In this document: positions 48,659 to 58,869 of the stretch, one piece after another
Layout of the letters: each line of letters starts with the position of its first letter
Position numbering within the stretch: position 1 is the first letter of the stretch
DNA from: Prevotella sp.
GTDB taxonomy: Bacteria > Bacteroidota > Bacteroidia > Bacteroidales > Bacteroidaceae
Direction: 5' to 3'
Length of the DNA stretch: 64,000 nt
NCBI GenBank assembly: GCA_017940545.1
Contig: JAGAYI010000027.1
Span: 584 to 64,583, forward strand
Program-made: the position numbers and the translations under genes
Notes under the pieces: model-generated
What the model was told of the DNA's origin: nothing
The model's input: only the letters and a program-made list of their open reading frames with translations
The model's database searches: none

Positions 48659-49105
48659 ATGAAAACAGGTGTATTCGTCGGTAGTTTCAATCCTTTTACA
48701 ATTGGTCACCACTCCATCGTGACCCGGGCTCTACCGCTCTTTGACCGACTAGTCATCGGCGTGGTGGGCGATCAGGTGAACAAGCCTGACATGCCAACCG
48801 CCGAAGAACGCATGGCATCCATCAAAGCTCTCTACCAAGACGAGTCCCGTATAGAGGTGAAGCCCTACTATGGCCTGGCCATCGACTTTGCCCGTCAGGA
48901 GGGTGCCCACTTTATCATTAAGGGTGTACGCTCGGTGAAGGACTTTGAGTATGAGCGCGAACAGGCCGACATCAACCGTCAGATAAGTGGCGGCACCGTT
49001 GAGACACTTTTACTCTTTGCCGAGCCTCAGCTGTCTGCCATCAGCAGCAGCATGGTGCGCGAACTGCAGCACTTCGGCGTGGACGTAAGCGAGTTCATGC
49101 CTTAG
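48659..49105 (+). CDS. coaD: Pantetheine-phosphate adenylyltransferase
   Basis: GSFNPFTIGH, KGVRSVKDFEYE and ISSSMVREL motifs. Confidence 0.96.
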   Translation: MKTGVFVGSFNPFTIGHHSIVTRALPLFDRLVIGVVGDQVNKPDMPTAEERMASIKALYQDESRIEVKPYYGLAIDFARQEGAHFIIKGVRSVKDFEYEREQADINRQISGGTVETLLLFAEPQLSAISSSMVRELQHFGVDVSEFMP

Positions 49106-49174
49106 GCCCCCCGAGGGGGGACACAAATGTCTGCCAGCAAGGTAATGTAGCCCCCATGGGAGCCGAAGGAGGGC
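49105..49174. repeat. Intergenic GC-rich REP-like element (same family as the WbqC insert)
   Basis: CCCCCC-GA-GGGGGG hairpin, then GCCCCCATGGGAGCCGAAGGAGGGC, between convergent coaD and ybeY. Confidence 0.75.
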
Positions 49175-49193
49175 AACTCTTTTAACTTCTTAC

Positions 49194-49604
49194 CTATAAG
49201 AGTGCCAAGGCACGGTCTTCTGCTGCTTCCATCAACTCGCGTTCGCCGGGGCCTTTGTCGTTCAGGCCGCACAAGTGCAGGATGCCGTGTATAATGACAC
49301 GGTGCAGTTCTTCTTCGTATGTCTTCTGAAACTGCTCGGCATTCGTGCGCACGGTGTCTAACGAAATAACGAGGTCACCGTTTATCTGAGTGCCTTCGTC
49401 GTAGTCGAAGGTAATAATGTCGGTGTAGTAATCATGGCCAAGATACTCACGGTTGACCTCAAGAATCTTCTCGTCGTCACAAAACAGGTAGCCGACCTCG
49501 CCTACTGTTCTTCCATAGGTGGCAGCCACACGGCGAATCCACGCTGTGGTTTCGCGGCGTTTGATGTTGGGGAACTTCACTCCCTCTGCACTATATGTAA
49601 TCAT
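49194..49604 (-). CDS. ybeY: rRNA maturation RNase YbeY
   Basis: NREYLGHDYYTDIITF and HGILHLCG motifs. Confidence 0.95.
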   Translation of the reverse strand: MITYSAEGVKFPNIKRRETTAWIRRVAATYGRTVGEVGYLFCDDEKILEVNREYLGHDYYTDIITFDYDEGTQINGDLVISLDTVRTNAEQFQKTYEEELHRVIIHGILHLCGLNDKGPGERELMEAAEDRALALL

Positions 49605-49623
49605 GAGTGGTGATGGATTGGAG

Positions 49624-51225
49624 TTATTGTAATAAACGGACAGCAGCCTGAACGATGGGGCTACTCTCGTTCATGATGGCAAAGTATTCGTCCATGCCCC
49701 AGAGGTCGCGTGCCACGAGTGCCTTCAGTTGCAGGCGCATGTACTTGAGGGTCGTTTCCATTTCAGCATCGTCACGTGGCCTGATGCCCAGTTTCTCTCC
49801 GTCGTCAATGATGCCCTTAATGACTGCCTGTGGAATCTGGAAGTTCTGCCTGAAAGTCACGAAATCTTTGTATTGCCGGGTTAGTTCACGACGGTGGTCA
49901 TCTACGTAACGCAGATTGGCGTTCAGCACTACGTTACGTGCCTGCAGGGCACGATGGTAGCGGGTGTAGATGGTGGTGTCGAGCGGAACGAAATAGTCGG
50001 GCATGATGCCGCCGCCGCCATAAACGGGACGATGGCGGCGCAGCGTGTAATAACGCAGGGAGTCAGCAAAGTGTATGCTGTCGGCATTCATCAGTTCACC
50101 GTGACGCAGGCGGTTCTGCATGTCCTGTGCATAGTCGTCAAGCTGTCCCTTCACGTAAGGTTTCTGGATGCAGCGCCCTGCCGGCGTGTAATAATGGGCT
50201 ATGGTGAGGCGAATCATCGACGTGTCGGGCAACGTGATTTGCCGCTGCACCAATCCTTTTCCGAAGGTGCGTCGGCCTACCACGAGTCCACGGTCCTGGT
50301 CTTGCACGGCACCGGTGACGATTTCCGCTGCCGAAGCGGTGTATTCATCGACCAGCACATAGAGCTTACCGGTGCGGAAGTGACCGTTACCCTTGGCACG
50401 GAACTCAGAACGCTCGCGCCCGTCGGTATAGACAATCAGGTCGCGGCCCTGCAGAAACTCATTGGACACGTCAACGGCTGCCTTCATGTAACCGCCACCA
50501 TTTTCCTGAAGGTCCAGTACCAAGCTCTTCATGCCCTGTTTCTGCAATTTTTGCAAACTGCTCAGAAACTCCTCGTGAGTAGTGGCACCGAAGTTTCCGA
50601 TGCGTATGTAGCCCACCTCCGGGCACAACATGTAAGTGGCAGTAATGGATTTCACGGGAATTTTGTCACGAGTTACTCTGAACGACAGCTCTTCATCGAA
50701 TCCCTGGCGAATAATACCCAGCTTCACCTTAGTGCCCTTGGGGCCACGCAAGCGTCGCATGATTTCCTCTTTCGACATGCGCACACCGGCTATGGGGGTG
50801 CCTTCGACGCTGACTATACGGTCGCCGGCCAGGATGCCAGCCTTCTCTGACGGTCCGCCCACCACGGGCTGAATGACGAGTAGCGTGTCTTCAATCATGT
50901 TAAACTCCACACCGATGCCTTCAAAGTTGCCGTTCAGCGGCTCTTGAAGGGCTTTTACCTCTTCTTTCGTCGCGTATGATGAATGAGGGTCGAGGCTTCG
51001 CAGCATGCCACGGATGCCTTCCTCAACGAGTTTCTTCTCATCGACGGTATCTACATAGAGCTGATTGATGGCCATCTCGGCATTGACGAGTTTCTGTATA
51101 GGTGTATTGCGGCTCAGGTTCAGCTTAATCTGTGCATCAACTGTTAAAGAGGAAAAAACGAAAAGGCAAAAAAATAATACAACATTTACCTTTTCTCTTA
51201 CCTTGATAGTCGTTCCTGTGTCCAT
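49624..51225 (-). CDS. S41 family carboxy-terminal processing protease
   Basis: LDPHS, FEGIGV (PDZ), DLQENGGG, TASAAEI, TFGKG and YYTPAGR motifs. Confidence 0.94.
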   Translation of the reverse strand: MDTGTTIKVREKVNVVLFFCLFVFSSLTVDAQIKLNLSRNTPIQKLVNAEMAINQLYVDTVDEKKLVEEGIRGMLRSLDPHSSYATKEEVKALQEPLNGNFEGIGVEFNMIEDTLLVIQPVVGGPSEKAGILAGDRIVSVEGTPIAGVRMSKEEIMRRLRGPKGTKVKLGIIRQGFDEELSFRVTRDKIPVKSITATYMLCPEVGYIRIGNFGATTHEEFLSSLQKLQKQGMKSLVLDLQENGGGYMKAAVDVSNEFLQGRDLIVYTDGRERSEFRAKGNGHFRTGKLYVLVDEYTASAAEIVTGAVQDQDRGLVVGRRTFGKGLVQRQITLPDTSMIRLTIAHYYTPAGRCIQKPYVKGQLDDYAQDMQNRLRHGELMNADSIHFADSLRYYTLRRHRPVYGGGGIMPDYFVPLDTTIYTRYHRALQARNVVLNANLRYVDDHRRELTRQYKDFVTFRQNFQIPQAVIKGIIDDGEKLGIRPRDDAEMETTLKYMRLQLKALVARDLWGMDEYFAIMNESSPIVQAAVRLLQ

Positions 51226-51263
51226 ATTCCTTGCTGTTCTTTTTTTATCTCCTTCGTCTTTTA

Positions 51264-53210
51264 CTATTCATAGACATCCTCTTCCGGACGGTCTTCCTCA
51301 ATGACCAGGTTGTCAATGATGAAGTTTTGGCGCTCCATGGTATTCTTGCCCATGTAGTACTCCAAGAGTTTCTGCACCTGGTCGGTCTTATGAAGCGTGA
51401 CCTGCTCCAGTCGCATGTCGGGGCCTATGAAGCCGGCAAACTCCTCAGGCGATATTTCACCGAGGCCCTTAAAGCGGGTTATCTCGGGGTCGGGGCCCAG
51501 TTCCTGAATGGCTTTCAGGCGCTCCTCGTCGCTGTAACAGTAACGGGTAATGAAGTCGCTTTGCTTGCCGGTGGCCGACGACTGTTGGGTGACTGCCTTG
51601 TTTTTGATTTTCGTCCGGCGGTTACGCACACGGAACAGGGGTGTCTGCAGCACATAGACGTGTCCTTTCTTGATGAGGTCAGGGAAGAACTGCAGGAAGA
51701 AAGTTATGATGAGTAGCCGGATGTGCATGCCATCGACATCGGCATCGGTGGCCACGATGACTTTGTTGTAGCGCAGCGTGTCCAGTCCTTCCTCTATGTC
51801 GAGTGCTGCCTGCAGCAGATTAAACTCCTCGTTTTCATAGACCACCTTCTTGGTAAGTCCGAAGGTGTTGAGGGGTTTTCCTCTCAACGAGAAGACAGCC
51901 TGCGTGTTTACGTCACGACTCTTGGTAATGCTTCCGCTGGCGGAGTCGCCCTCGGTAATGAAGATGCTCGACTCTTCCTTGCGCTCGCTCTTGGTGTCGC
52001 TGAAGTGTATGCGGCAGTCGCGCAGCTTGCGGTTGTGCAGGTTGGCTTTCTTGGCACGCTCGCGGGCCAACTTGGTGACGCCAGCCATGGCCTTGCGCTC
52101 CCGCTCACTCTCCTTCACCTTCTGCTCAATGACCTCTGCCACGTCCTGATGGATATGCAGATAGTTATCTACCTGCTGCTTGATGAAGTCGCCTACGTAC
52201 TTATTGATGGTATCGCCGCCGGGAGCCATTACGGTGGAGCCTAACTTGATTTTGGTCTGACTCTCGAATACCGGCTCCTCCACGTTGATGGCAATGGCTG
52301 CCACAATGCCCGTGCGGATGTCACCATACTCATATTTGCCGAAGAACTCTTTAATGGTCTTGGCAATATGCTCCTTAAAGGCACTCTGGTGGGTGCCACC
52401 CTGCGTGGTGTGCTGTCCGTTGACAAACGAGTAATACTCCTCACCATACTGGTTGGCATGGGTGAAAGCCACCTCGATGTCTTCACCTTTCAGGTGGATA
52501 ATGGGATAAAGGGCATCGTTGGTCATGCGGTCGCTCAGCAGATCCTCGAGTCCGTGACGTGAAAGAATGCGCCGGCCATTATACATAATGGTCAGACCCG
52601 TGTTCAGGTAAGTATAGTTGCGGAGCATGACCTCCACGATGTCATCGTGAAACTGGTAGTCCTTAAACAACGTGTTGTCAGGCTCGAAATAGATGTAGGT
52701 GCCGTTCTCATCCTGCGTGTCTAAGGTGATGTCGCTCGTCATGGTGCCACGTTCGAAGGTGGCCTTGCGCACCTTGCCGTCACGAAAGCTGCGCACCTCG
52801 AAATGTGAGCTCAGCGCATTGACAGCCTTCACGCCGACACCATTCAGGCCGACACTCTTTTTAAAGGCCTTCGAGTCGTACTTTCCGCCGGTGTTCAGCA
52901 CGCTGACGGCCTCAATGAGCTTGCCCTGCGGAATGCCACGGCCATAGTCGCGTACTGAAACACGCAACTGCTCGTCAACCGTTATCTCAATACGGTCGCC
53001 GGCATGCATCTTGAACTCGTCGATGGAATTATCAATGACCTCCTTCAGCAACACATAAATACCGTCCTCGGGCAGCGAACCGTCGCCTAAACGGCCTATA
53101 TACATACCAGGACGCGTGCGCACGTGTTCCATATCCGACAAATGCCGGATGTTATCATCTTCGTATCTTACCGTTTCGTTCTCTTTCAGGATAGTAGTCT
53201 CTTCACTCAT
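51264..53210 (-). CDS. parE: DNA topoisomerase IV subunit B
   Basis: [34 protein letters not shown] and RFKGLGE motifs; Bacteroidetes ParE-type C-terminus [14 protein letters not shown]. Confidence 0.9.
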   Translation of the reverse strand: MSEETTILKENETVRYEDDNIRHLSDMEHVRTRPGMYIGRLGDGSLPEDGIYVLLKEVIDNSIDEFKMHAGDRIEITVDEQLRVSVRDYGRGIPQGKLIEAVSVLNTGGKYDSKAFKKSVGLNGVGVKAVNALSSHFEVRSFRDGKVRKATFERGTMTSDITLDTQDENGTYIYFEPDNTLFKDYQFHDDIVEVMLRNYTYLNTGLTIMYNGRRILSRHGLEDLLSDRMTNDALYPIIHLKGEDIEVAFTHANQYGEEYYSFVNGQHTTQGGTHQSAFKEHIAKTIKEFFGKYEYGDIRTGIVAAIAINVEEPVFESQTKIKLGSTVMAPGGDTINKYVGDFIKQQVDNYLHIHQDVAEVIEQKVKESERERKAMAGVTKLARERAKKANLHNRKLRDCRIHFSDTKSERKEESSIFITEGDSASGSITKSRDVNTQAVFSLRGKPLNTFGLTKKVVYENEEFNLLQAALDIEEGLDTLRYNKVIVATDADVDGMHIRLLIITFFLQFFPDLIKKGHVYVLQTPLFRVRNRRTKIKNKAVTQQSSATGKQSDFITRYCYSDEERLKAIQELGPDPEITRFKGLGEISPEEFAGFIGPDMRLEQVTLHKTDQVQKLLEYYMGKNTMERQNFIIDNLVIEEDRPEEDVYE

Positions 53211-53215
53211 ATTGC

Positions 53216-54367
53216 TTATAAAATCTTCTTGTAGCAGCGCCGCCGCTTATGCTGAATGTGCTCCAGATACTGCCACTGGCTTTGTACTTTCTCGTTGGTC
53301 TCCATCTCCACATTCGTCTCGCCCCATTTGAATCCATGCTTCTGGTAGCGGGGAATAAGGTCGTAGAACAAAAGGGCATTGGCTCCTTTCTGCTGGTACT
53401 CCGGCAGGAATCCCACCAGCATGAGGTCCAGACACTCAGCCTTATGAAACTTCAGCGCCCACAGGCAGTGCAGCCAGCCAAAGGGCCATAGGCGCCCGTT
53501 CCGGCACTTCTGCAGGGCCCGCGTCATGTTGGTAATGCTGATGCCCACGCCTACCACCTGGTGGTCGGGAGTGTTCCAGTCTTCTATCAAACAGAGCATG
53601 TCCATGTCGAGCATGGGGAAATACATTTTCAGGTATTCGTCAATCTGGGCCTGCGTCATCTCTGAGTATCCATACAGGTTTCCGAACGACTTGTTCACCA
53701 CGTTAAGCACCTTGCGGCCATACTGCTCCTTGCCTAATACCTGGCTGCGCTTTGGGTGAACGGCATGCAGGTTGTAGCGTTTCTGCACCAACTCGGCCAC
53801 CTTTTTATACTTCTCGGGCATGCCGTCCTTGGGTACAATGAGCTTGTATTCCACGTAGTCGTTATCCTTCTGCCAGCCGCCAAGCTGTTCCATGTGCTGC
53901 GGGTAGTAGGGGTAATTGTAAATGGTGGCCATGGTTCCCAACTGGTCGAACCCCTCAATGAGCATGCCCTCGGGGTCCATGTCAGAGAATCCTAACGGCC
54001 CCACTATCTCGTTCATGCCCTTCGAGCGGCCCCACTCTTCAACAGCCTTGAACAAAGCGGCCGACACTTCCAGGTCGTCAATAAAGTCAATCCAGCCGAA
54101 ACGCACGCTCTTCCTGTCCCAGCGCTCGTTGGCACGACGGTTGATGATGCCGGCAATGCGACCCACCACCTTTCCGTCTCGATATGCCAAAAAATACTCT
54201 GCCTCACAAAACTCGAAGGCTGCATTCTTATCCTTGCTCAGGGTGTGTAGTTCATCACGATAAAGGTTGGGAGCATCATACTTGTTATTACGATACAAGT
54301 CGTAATGTAACTGAATAAAAGCGTCAAGCTCTTTCCTGCTGCTTACTCTCCGAATCTCTACTGGCAT
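53216..54367 (-). CDS. GNAT-like N-acetyltransferase (YghO-like)
   Basis: [33 protein letters not shown] and YNYPYY motifs; promoter at 54395-54402. Confidence 0.75.
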   Translation of the reverse strand: MPVEIRRVSSRKELDAFIQLHYDLYRNNKYDAPNLYRDELHTLSKDKNAAFEFCEAEYFLAYRDGKVVGRIAGIINRRANERWDRKSVRFGWIDFIDDLEVSAALFKAVEEWGRSKGMNEIVGPLGFSDMDPEGMLIEGFDQLGTMATIYNYPYYPQHMEQLGGWQKDNDYVEYKLIVPKDGMPEKYKKVAELVQKRYNLHAVHPKRSQVLGKEQYGRKVLNVVNKSFGNLYGYSEMTQAQIDEYLKMYFPMLDMDMLCLIEDWNTPDHQVVGVGISITNMTRALQKCRNGRLWPFGWLHCLWALKFHKAECLDLMLVGFLPEYQQKGANALLFYDLIPRYQKHGFKWGETNVEMETNEKVQSQWQYLEHIQHKRRRCYKKIL

Positions 54368-54429
54368 CTTTCTGTATTTATATTTTATGTCTTGCAAAGT
54401 TAAGGAAAAAGGTTGAAACGCCAAAATAT

Positions 54430-55872
54430 TTAACCTATTTTACGGCAAATCAGCAGGCAACGCTGGCCGTCAGCCAGAGTCGTGGCAAAAATATACGTCT
54501 CGCCACCGTCCCCCAGGCGGAGCCGCTTCCGAAGGTCAGCAGCTCCCATGGGGAAGTTTCTTACCGCGATATTTGCATGGGAAACGCCTGCCAGATTTTC
54601 CTTTAGCTCGCGCTTATTCAGCGACGACACCCTGTCTATGTGGAAACGCCGCCCAGGAAAATCAGGAATATCTTTTGCCGAAACGAACAGGTGGGAGTTG
54701 GCTGCCAGCATCTGAACATGGTAGCGGGCAGCCACTTCACCAAAGCAACCCGCCTTCATTATACTGGAATTGGGCTCGCAGAGGAAGGTAGGTTCTCCCT
54801 TCAACCTCTCCAGAGAGAAGGAAGTTCCCTCCAACCTCCCCCGAAGGGGAGTGGCTTTTTGTTCTTTATCGAGGTGAGAGGTACGAGGTGCGAGGTACGA
54901 GAAATGTTGGGTGACTCCTTCTGGCAGGATGTTCACACAATGTAAGCGAATGTCGCCCTCGTTGTAATCTCGTACTTCGCACCTCGTACCTCGCACCTCG
55001 CACCTCACAACCCGTTCCTCGAAATAACCACCCCGCATCTCGATGATTAACTCCTTACACTCGTTTGCCACGCTGACTATATGTACCTCGCTGACACAGC
55101 CAAGGTCGCTGACGGCCTTGTGCCAGTCGAGCATGGGCGAGAGTTTGAGGACGATGCGGTCAGTCTTTTCACGCAGCAGAGGCAACAGCTCTATGACGTT
55201 TGGCGTGCAGTCTTCTATGGAATAGGTGCGTGCGCCGTACTGGTCACGACGGGCCGGGTCCAAGAAGATGCAGGCGGCATGGCTGATGCGGTGGAGGACA
55301 TCTGCGGCTGAGCCGCAGACCACAGAACACTCCAGACCCAAAACACGGAAGTTGTGCTCAGCAATAGTGCATAACTCAGGGTTTTGCTCAACGTAGAGGG
55401 CACCACCGCCTCTACTAAATCCCTCCGAGGGGGGACTGACCGAGGGTGACTGGGGGACTTTTCTTTGCGGGGACAATAATGCCTGTGCCATGAAGTAGAA
55501 GTCAACACCAAAGCCGCCCGTCAGGTCAACCAGCCTCCACTCCCCGTCAGCAAACTCGCCGTCAAGAAGTCCCCCCTCGGGGGGATTTAGGGAGGGCTTT
55601 CCCATCTGGGCCTTATACTTTGCTGTCAGCTCGCTGGAACATTGCTCCATGTTCAGGTGCGGCGGATAGACAATGCCCTCAGTGGCCGCCCATGTGGGCA
55701 GCTTCTTATGCGCCGCCTGCCATCCGGCTATCTGCTGCAAGGCCATAGCCTTATCCACTTCTCCCCCACTTCCGGAAGAAGAAGCCGGAAACGAGGCACC
55801 GCTGAGAGCCAGCTGGTGCACATCGTCGTCACGGTGCATGCGGATGAATGCTGCGGTGGCTTCGTTCAGCAC
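54430..55872 (-). CDS. Class I SAM-dependent methyltransferase with THUMP-like C-terminal domain, carrying multiple in-frame repeat insertions
   Basis: MEQCSSE, DLTGGFGVD (motif I), FLDPARR, KLSPMLD, EPNSSIMKAG and VRNFP motifs. Confidence 0.88.
   Translation of the reverse strand: MLNEATAAFIRMHRDDDVHQLALSGASFPASSSGSGGEVDKAMALQQIAGWQAAHKKLPTWAATEGIVYPPHLNMEQCSSELTAKYKAQMGKPSLNPPEGGLLDGEFADGEWRLVDLTGGFGVDFYFMAQALLSPQRKVPQSPSVSPPSEGFSRGGGALYVEQNPELCTIAEHNFRVLGLECSVVCGSAADVLHRISHAACIFLDPARRDQYGARTYSIEDCTPNVIELLPLLREKTDRIVLKLSPMLDWHKAVSDLGCVSEVHIVSVANECKELIIEMRGGYFEERVVRCEVRGTRCEVRDYNEGDIRLHCVNILPEGVTQHFSYLAPRTSHLDKEQKATPLRGRLEGTSFSLERLKGEPTFLCEPNSSIMKAGCFGEVAARYHVQMLAANSHLFVSAKDIPDFPGRRFHIDRVSSLNKRELKENLAGVSHANIAVRNFPMGAADLRKRLRLGDGGETYIFATTLADGQRCLLICRKIG
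54870..55007. repeat. Inverted pair of GAGGTrC heptamer tracts in the methyltransferase CDS
   Basis: 54870-54902 and 54968-55000 are reverse complements at 31/33 positions. Confidence 0.9.
55408..55597. repeat. Inverted pair of GC-rich REP-like units flanking the SAM-binding motif I
   Basis: 55408-55438 versus the reverse complement of 55567-55597 is 25/31 identical (22/23 in the core CTAAATCCCyCCGAGGGGGGACT). Confidence 0.85.
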
Positions 55873-55875
55873 TTC

Positions 55876-57903
55876 TTAACGATAAACGCTCTTGAACTGT
55901 TGGTACTCATCGCAAAGAGAGATGTATCTGGCAGGCTGGGTATTGCTGCGCTCAAACTCGGCCAGCTTGGCAAAGGCTTTATATTGCGAAGCCTGTGGCT
56001 GCGGAATCTTGTTGTAATCGCCCTCCTGACTGTTCCACTCGAACGAACACCAACGCTCGGGATTCAGATAGACATAAGACTGTGCAAACAGCACACGCTC
56101 CTTGAGCTGGGCATCCTTGGTTTCTGCAGCCTGGCGCAGGTAAGACGCTGCGCGGGCTGCCAAATTAACCTCGTTGACGCGCACCGTGTCCATCACGCTC
56201 TTGCCGTCGCGCATCAGGAACCAGCAGTCGCCACTGAAGCTGGCCTGGGCGTAGCGTACGGCCAGGTCGTAGCACCGCTGTTGGCGAGCCTTACCTGAAA
56301 GCACCGTCAGTTCGCCTTCCATTTTCTGTACCTCGCGGGCAAAGTCTAACTTCGGGTTCGAAGGCAGGTGGATTTTCTGGTCGCCATACACCACGTCGTC
56401 TCTCAGCCACTGGCGCTTGATCCACGGCTCCACGGTGTAACGACGGTTGGCAGCATAGACTGCATAGCCCTTGGCATTGTAGTAGGACAGGGGGACTCGG
56501 CTGAGCCACTGAATAGCCTCATCCCATTTACACAGGCGCAGATACTTGGTGCCCATGAGGTCGTTGATTTCTGTCTCGTCGAGCGAGAGCGACGACTTCA
56601 GGTAGCGGTCCAGCAGGTTGGTGGCCGACTCAGTGACGTAGTTGTAGTATTTCTGCAGTTGCTCCGCCTTCATGGTGTCAAGAACTTCAGCATAGATGTA
56701 GGAATCAACGGCCTTATAGAGTGCCAGCGTTGTTGATTGCCGTCCGGCCTTGGCATACTTGTCGGCCAGCACCTGGTGTACCAGTCGGTCATAGACGGCG
56801 GTGTAGTGACCGTCGCGTGCCCGCTGACTGTCTAACCACTCCAGCTCACCTGCCAGGTAGAGGTCGAAGCGTGTTGACTGCGGCTCTTCGGCCGACGTAA
56901 TATAAAGTTTCAGCACACGGGCATTGTCCTTGATGCGGTAGGCACCATCCAGCGTGGCTGCCTCGTTGATGTCCTTCAGTGCCTGACGGTGGTTGCCGAA
57001 GAGGTATTCCAGCCATGCCTGCGCACTCTTCCAAAGGGCAGGCTGCTGCGTCTTGCCCTCGTTGACTACCTGTCCGGCAAACTGCCACATCTGCTGGGCT
57101 TCGCTGCGTTGAATGTCGCGCACGAAGAGTTTTCCCAGAATCTGGTCTTCCTTGTCCTGTCCGTCGATGGCCTCCTGGGCGTTGTTGACGAAGTCCTGCA
57201 GCAGGAATGGCAGCACAGCCGAGTTGGGGTCGCGCAGGTATTCCTGACGGATGGCTGCAAACGAACGCTTTTTGTAGTACTGTGTCATCAGACTGTTCCA
57301 GTCTCCCTGCTCGGCAAACAGGCGTCCGGCCTCGTCAGCCCGTCCGGTCTTGTAGAGTGCTCCGGCATAAATGTTCTGCATCATTTCCTTATAGACCGTT
57401 TCAATGTACTGACTGGCGGTCTGTTCCCAGAAGTTTACATTTTCTGCATGGCGACCCATCACCATGTTGCAACGCATGAAGAGCAGCGCGTGCTGACTGC
57501 GCAGGCGGGTCTTCAGCTTGCTCTGGGCATAGGTGCGAATGGCTGTCAGGGTCTGGTTGCGCTTGGCCAAATCCTCCTTGCTGGGATAATTCCACCGGTC
57601 TCCCTGAATAGAGGAGGCACAATCCAGATACTTCTCGAGGTTCTGCACGTAGCTGACCATCAGGTCGTCACCCTTCTGCCGGGCATAGCTGACAATTTCG
57701 TCGGGCTTGAACCACCAGTACTCCTCGTCGGTTCCCAAATAGGTCTTCCAGTTGTCAATGGTAATTTTGTTGGTTCGGCTGCTGAATTCTTCCTTGTCAC
57801 ACACATTAAAGAGATAGTGGTTGTGGTTGTCAATCCAGATGCAACCGCTTGCTGACTGCCAAACGGCGGCAGCCATCATACTAATGATGATAAATCGCTT
57901 CAT
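55876..57903 (-). CDS. Hypothetical exported alpha-helical (TPR-like) protein
   Basis: 675 aa ORF with a signal peptide ending ASGC and helical repeat character; overlaps the upstream lipoprotein gene. Confidence 0.75.
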   Translation of the reverse strand: MKRFIIISMMAAAVWQSASGCIWIDNHNHYLFNVCDKEEFSSRTNKITIDNWKTYLGTDEEYWWFKPDEIVSYARQKGDDLMVSYVQNLEKYLDCASSIQGDRWNYPSKEDLAKRNQTLTAIRTYAQSKLKTRLRSQHALLFMRCNMVMGRHAENVNFWEQTASQYIETVYKEMMQNIYAGALYKTGRADEAGRLFAEQGDWNSLMTQYYKKRSFAAIRQEYLRDPNSAVLPFLLQDFVNNAQEAIDGQDKEDQILGKLFVRDIQRSEAQQMWQFAGQVVNEGKTQQPALWKSAQAWLEYLFGNHRQALKDINEAATLDGAYRIKDNARVLKLYITSAEEPQSTRFDLYLAGELEWLDSQRARDGHYTAVYDRLVHQVLADKYAKAGRQSTTLALYKAVDSYIYAEVLDTMKAEQLQKYYNYVTESATNLLDRYLKSSLSLDETEINDLMGTKYLRLCKWDEAIQWLSRVPLSYYNAKGYAVYAANRRYTVEPWIKRQWLRDDVVYGDQKIHLPSNPKLDFAREVQKMEGELTVLSGKARQQRCYDLAVRYAQASFSGDCWFLMRDGKSVMDTVRVNEVNLAARAASYLRQAAETKDAQLKERVLFAQSYVYLNPERWCSFEWNSQEGDYNKIPQPQASQYKAFAKLAEFERSNTQPARYISLCDEYQQFKSVYR

Positions 57904-58744
57904 AGGTTTCGGGTTTATATCTGTTAATATTATCTTGTTCCAAATGGTAGGTCAGGATGGTGTGTCGCAACTGCGGCCGCTTTTGTTCCACGGTCTGTTT
58001 GACACGAAGAATTTCCTCAGCTTCCACGGTGTGCTCAATGCGCACGCCGTGTATGTTTCTTTGCCAGAGAAAGACGGGATAGGCAGCCGCCAAGGGCAAC
58101 GGGTAGTCGTCAAGATGGCGCAGGTAAGGCAGCACGTCACGCAGGTCGAGAATGGGGTTTCGCTCCATAAACTTCCGCGGGTCGCCAGTGTTGTATATCA
58201 TCAGTACCCCGTAGTCGGCAGGCGGCTCGGGCATGGACAGCTGGTGCAGGCGAATGGTGGTGGAAAGCTGTAGTCCGTGAGCCTGAGCCTCCTTACGCAC
58301 CTGATCCAGGAAATTGTAATAAGTTTTCCGACTTCGCGCCGTGTAGTCGCAGTCTATCTGTATCTCGCTGACGCCGCCGATATCGTTGGTCTGGTTCATC
58401 TGTACAATTCTTTTCACCAGTTTATGGGCCAGGCTGTCGTGCGGCTCGTGCATGCAGTCTTCGGTTATATAGACCGTCGGCACCAGTGTGATGCCCTCTG
58501 GAATGTCTCCGTCAAAAGCCAGCGTGGCATTGGGCATGGGTATCCCGTCGGCCATTACCACGTCAAAGTAGCGGCAGAACACGCGGTGAATGTCGTAATG
58601 CTTCAGAAAAGCCCGCTCAACAGAGTCTAATCTCCACTCCGTACGCCAGTAATACACGGCATTCTCATCGGCCATAGGCACTTCTTGCCGACATCCGAAC
58701 GCCAGCAAACAGGACAGCAGTAATACTACGGGCATGCATTTCAT
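57881..58744 (-). CDS. Putative lipoprotein, DUF3142-like TIM-barrel
   Basis: Lipobox LAFGC; YYWRT, RYFDV, EIQIDCDY, TIRLHQ and LMIYNTG motifs. Start trimmed to ATG 58744. Confidence 0.7.
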   Translation of the reverse strand: MKCMPVVLLLSCLLAFGCRQEVPMADENAVYYWRTEWRLDSVERAFLKHYDIHRVFCRYFDVVMADGIPMPNATLAFDGDIPEGITLVPTVYITEDCMHEPHDSLAHKLVKRIVQMNQTNDIGGVSEIQIDCDYTARSRKTYYNFLDQVRKEAQAHGLQLSTTIRLHQLSMPEPPADYGVLMIYNTGDPRKFMERNPILDLRDVLPYLRHLDDYPLPLAAAYPVFLWQRNIHGVRIEHTVEAEEILRVKQTVEQKRPQLRHTILTYHLEQDNINRYKPETYEAIYHH

Positions 58745-58869
58745 GACGCGAAGGTACGAATAAGTAGTCAAAAAAGCAAAAATTATTCGCAAAAATTTCA
58801 TAGTATTTCGCTTTACTCAAGCATAAATACATCATCAGCTTTTTCGAAAACCTTAATACCAATGAAAAA

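Noticed and set aside
51264-53210. gyrB call
   Set aside because: The N- and C-terminal signatures fit the Bacteroidetes ParE type better; not confirmed by phylogeny.
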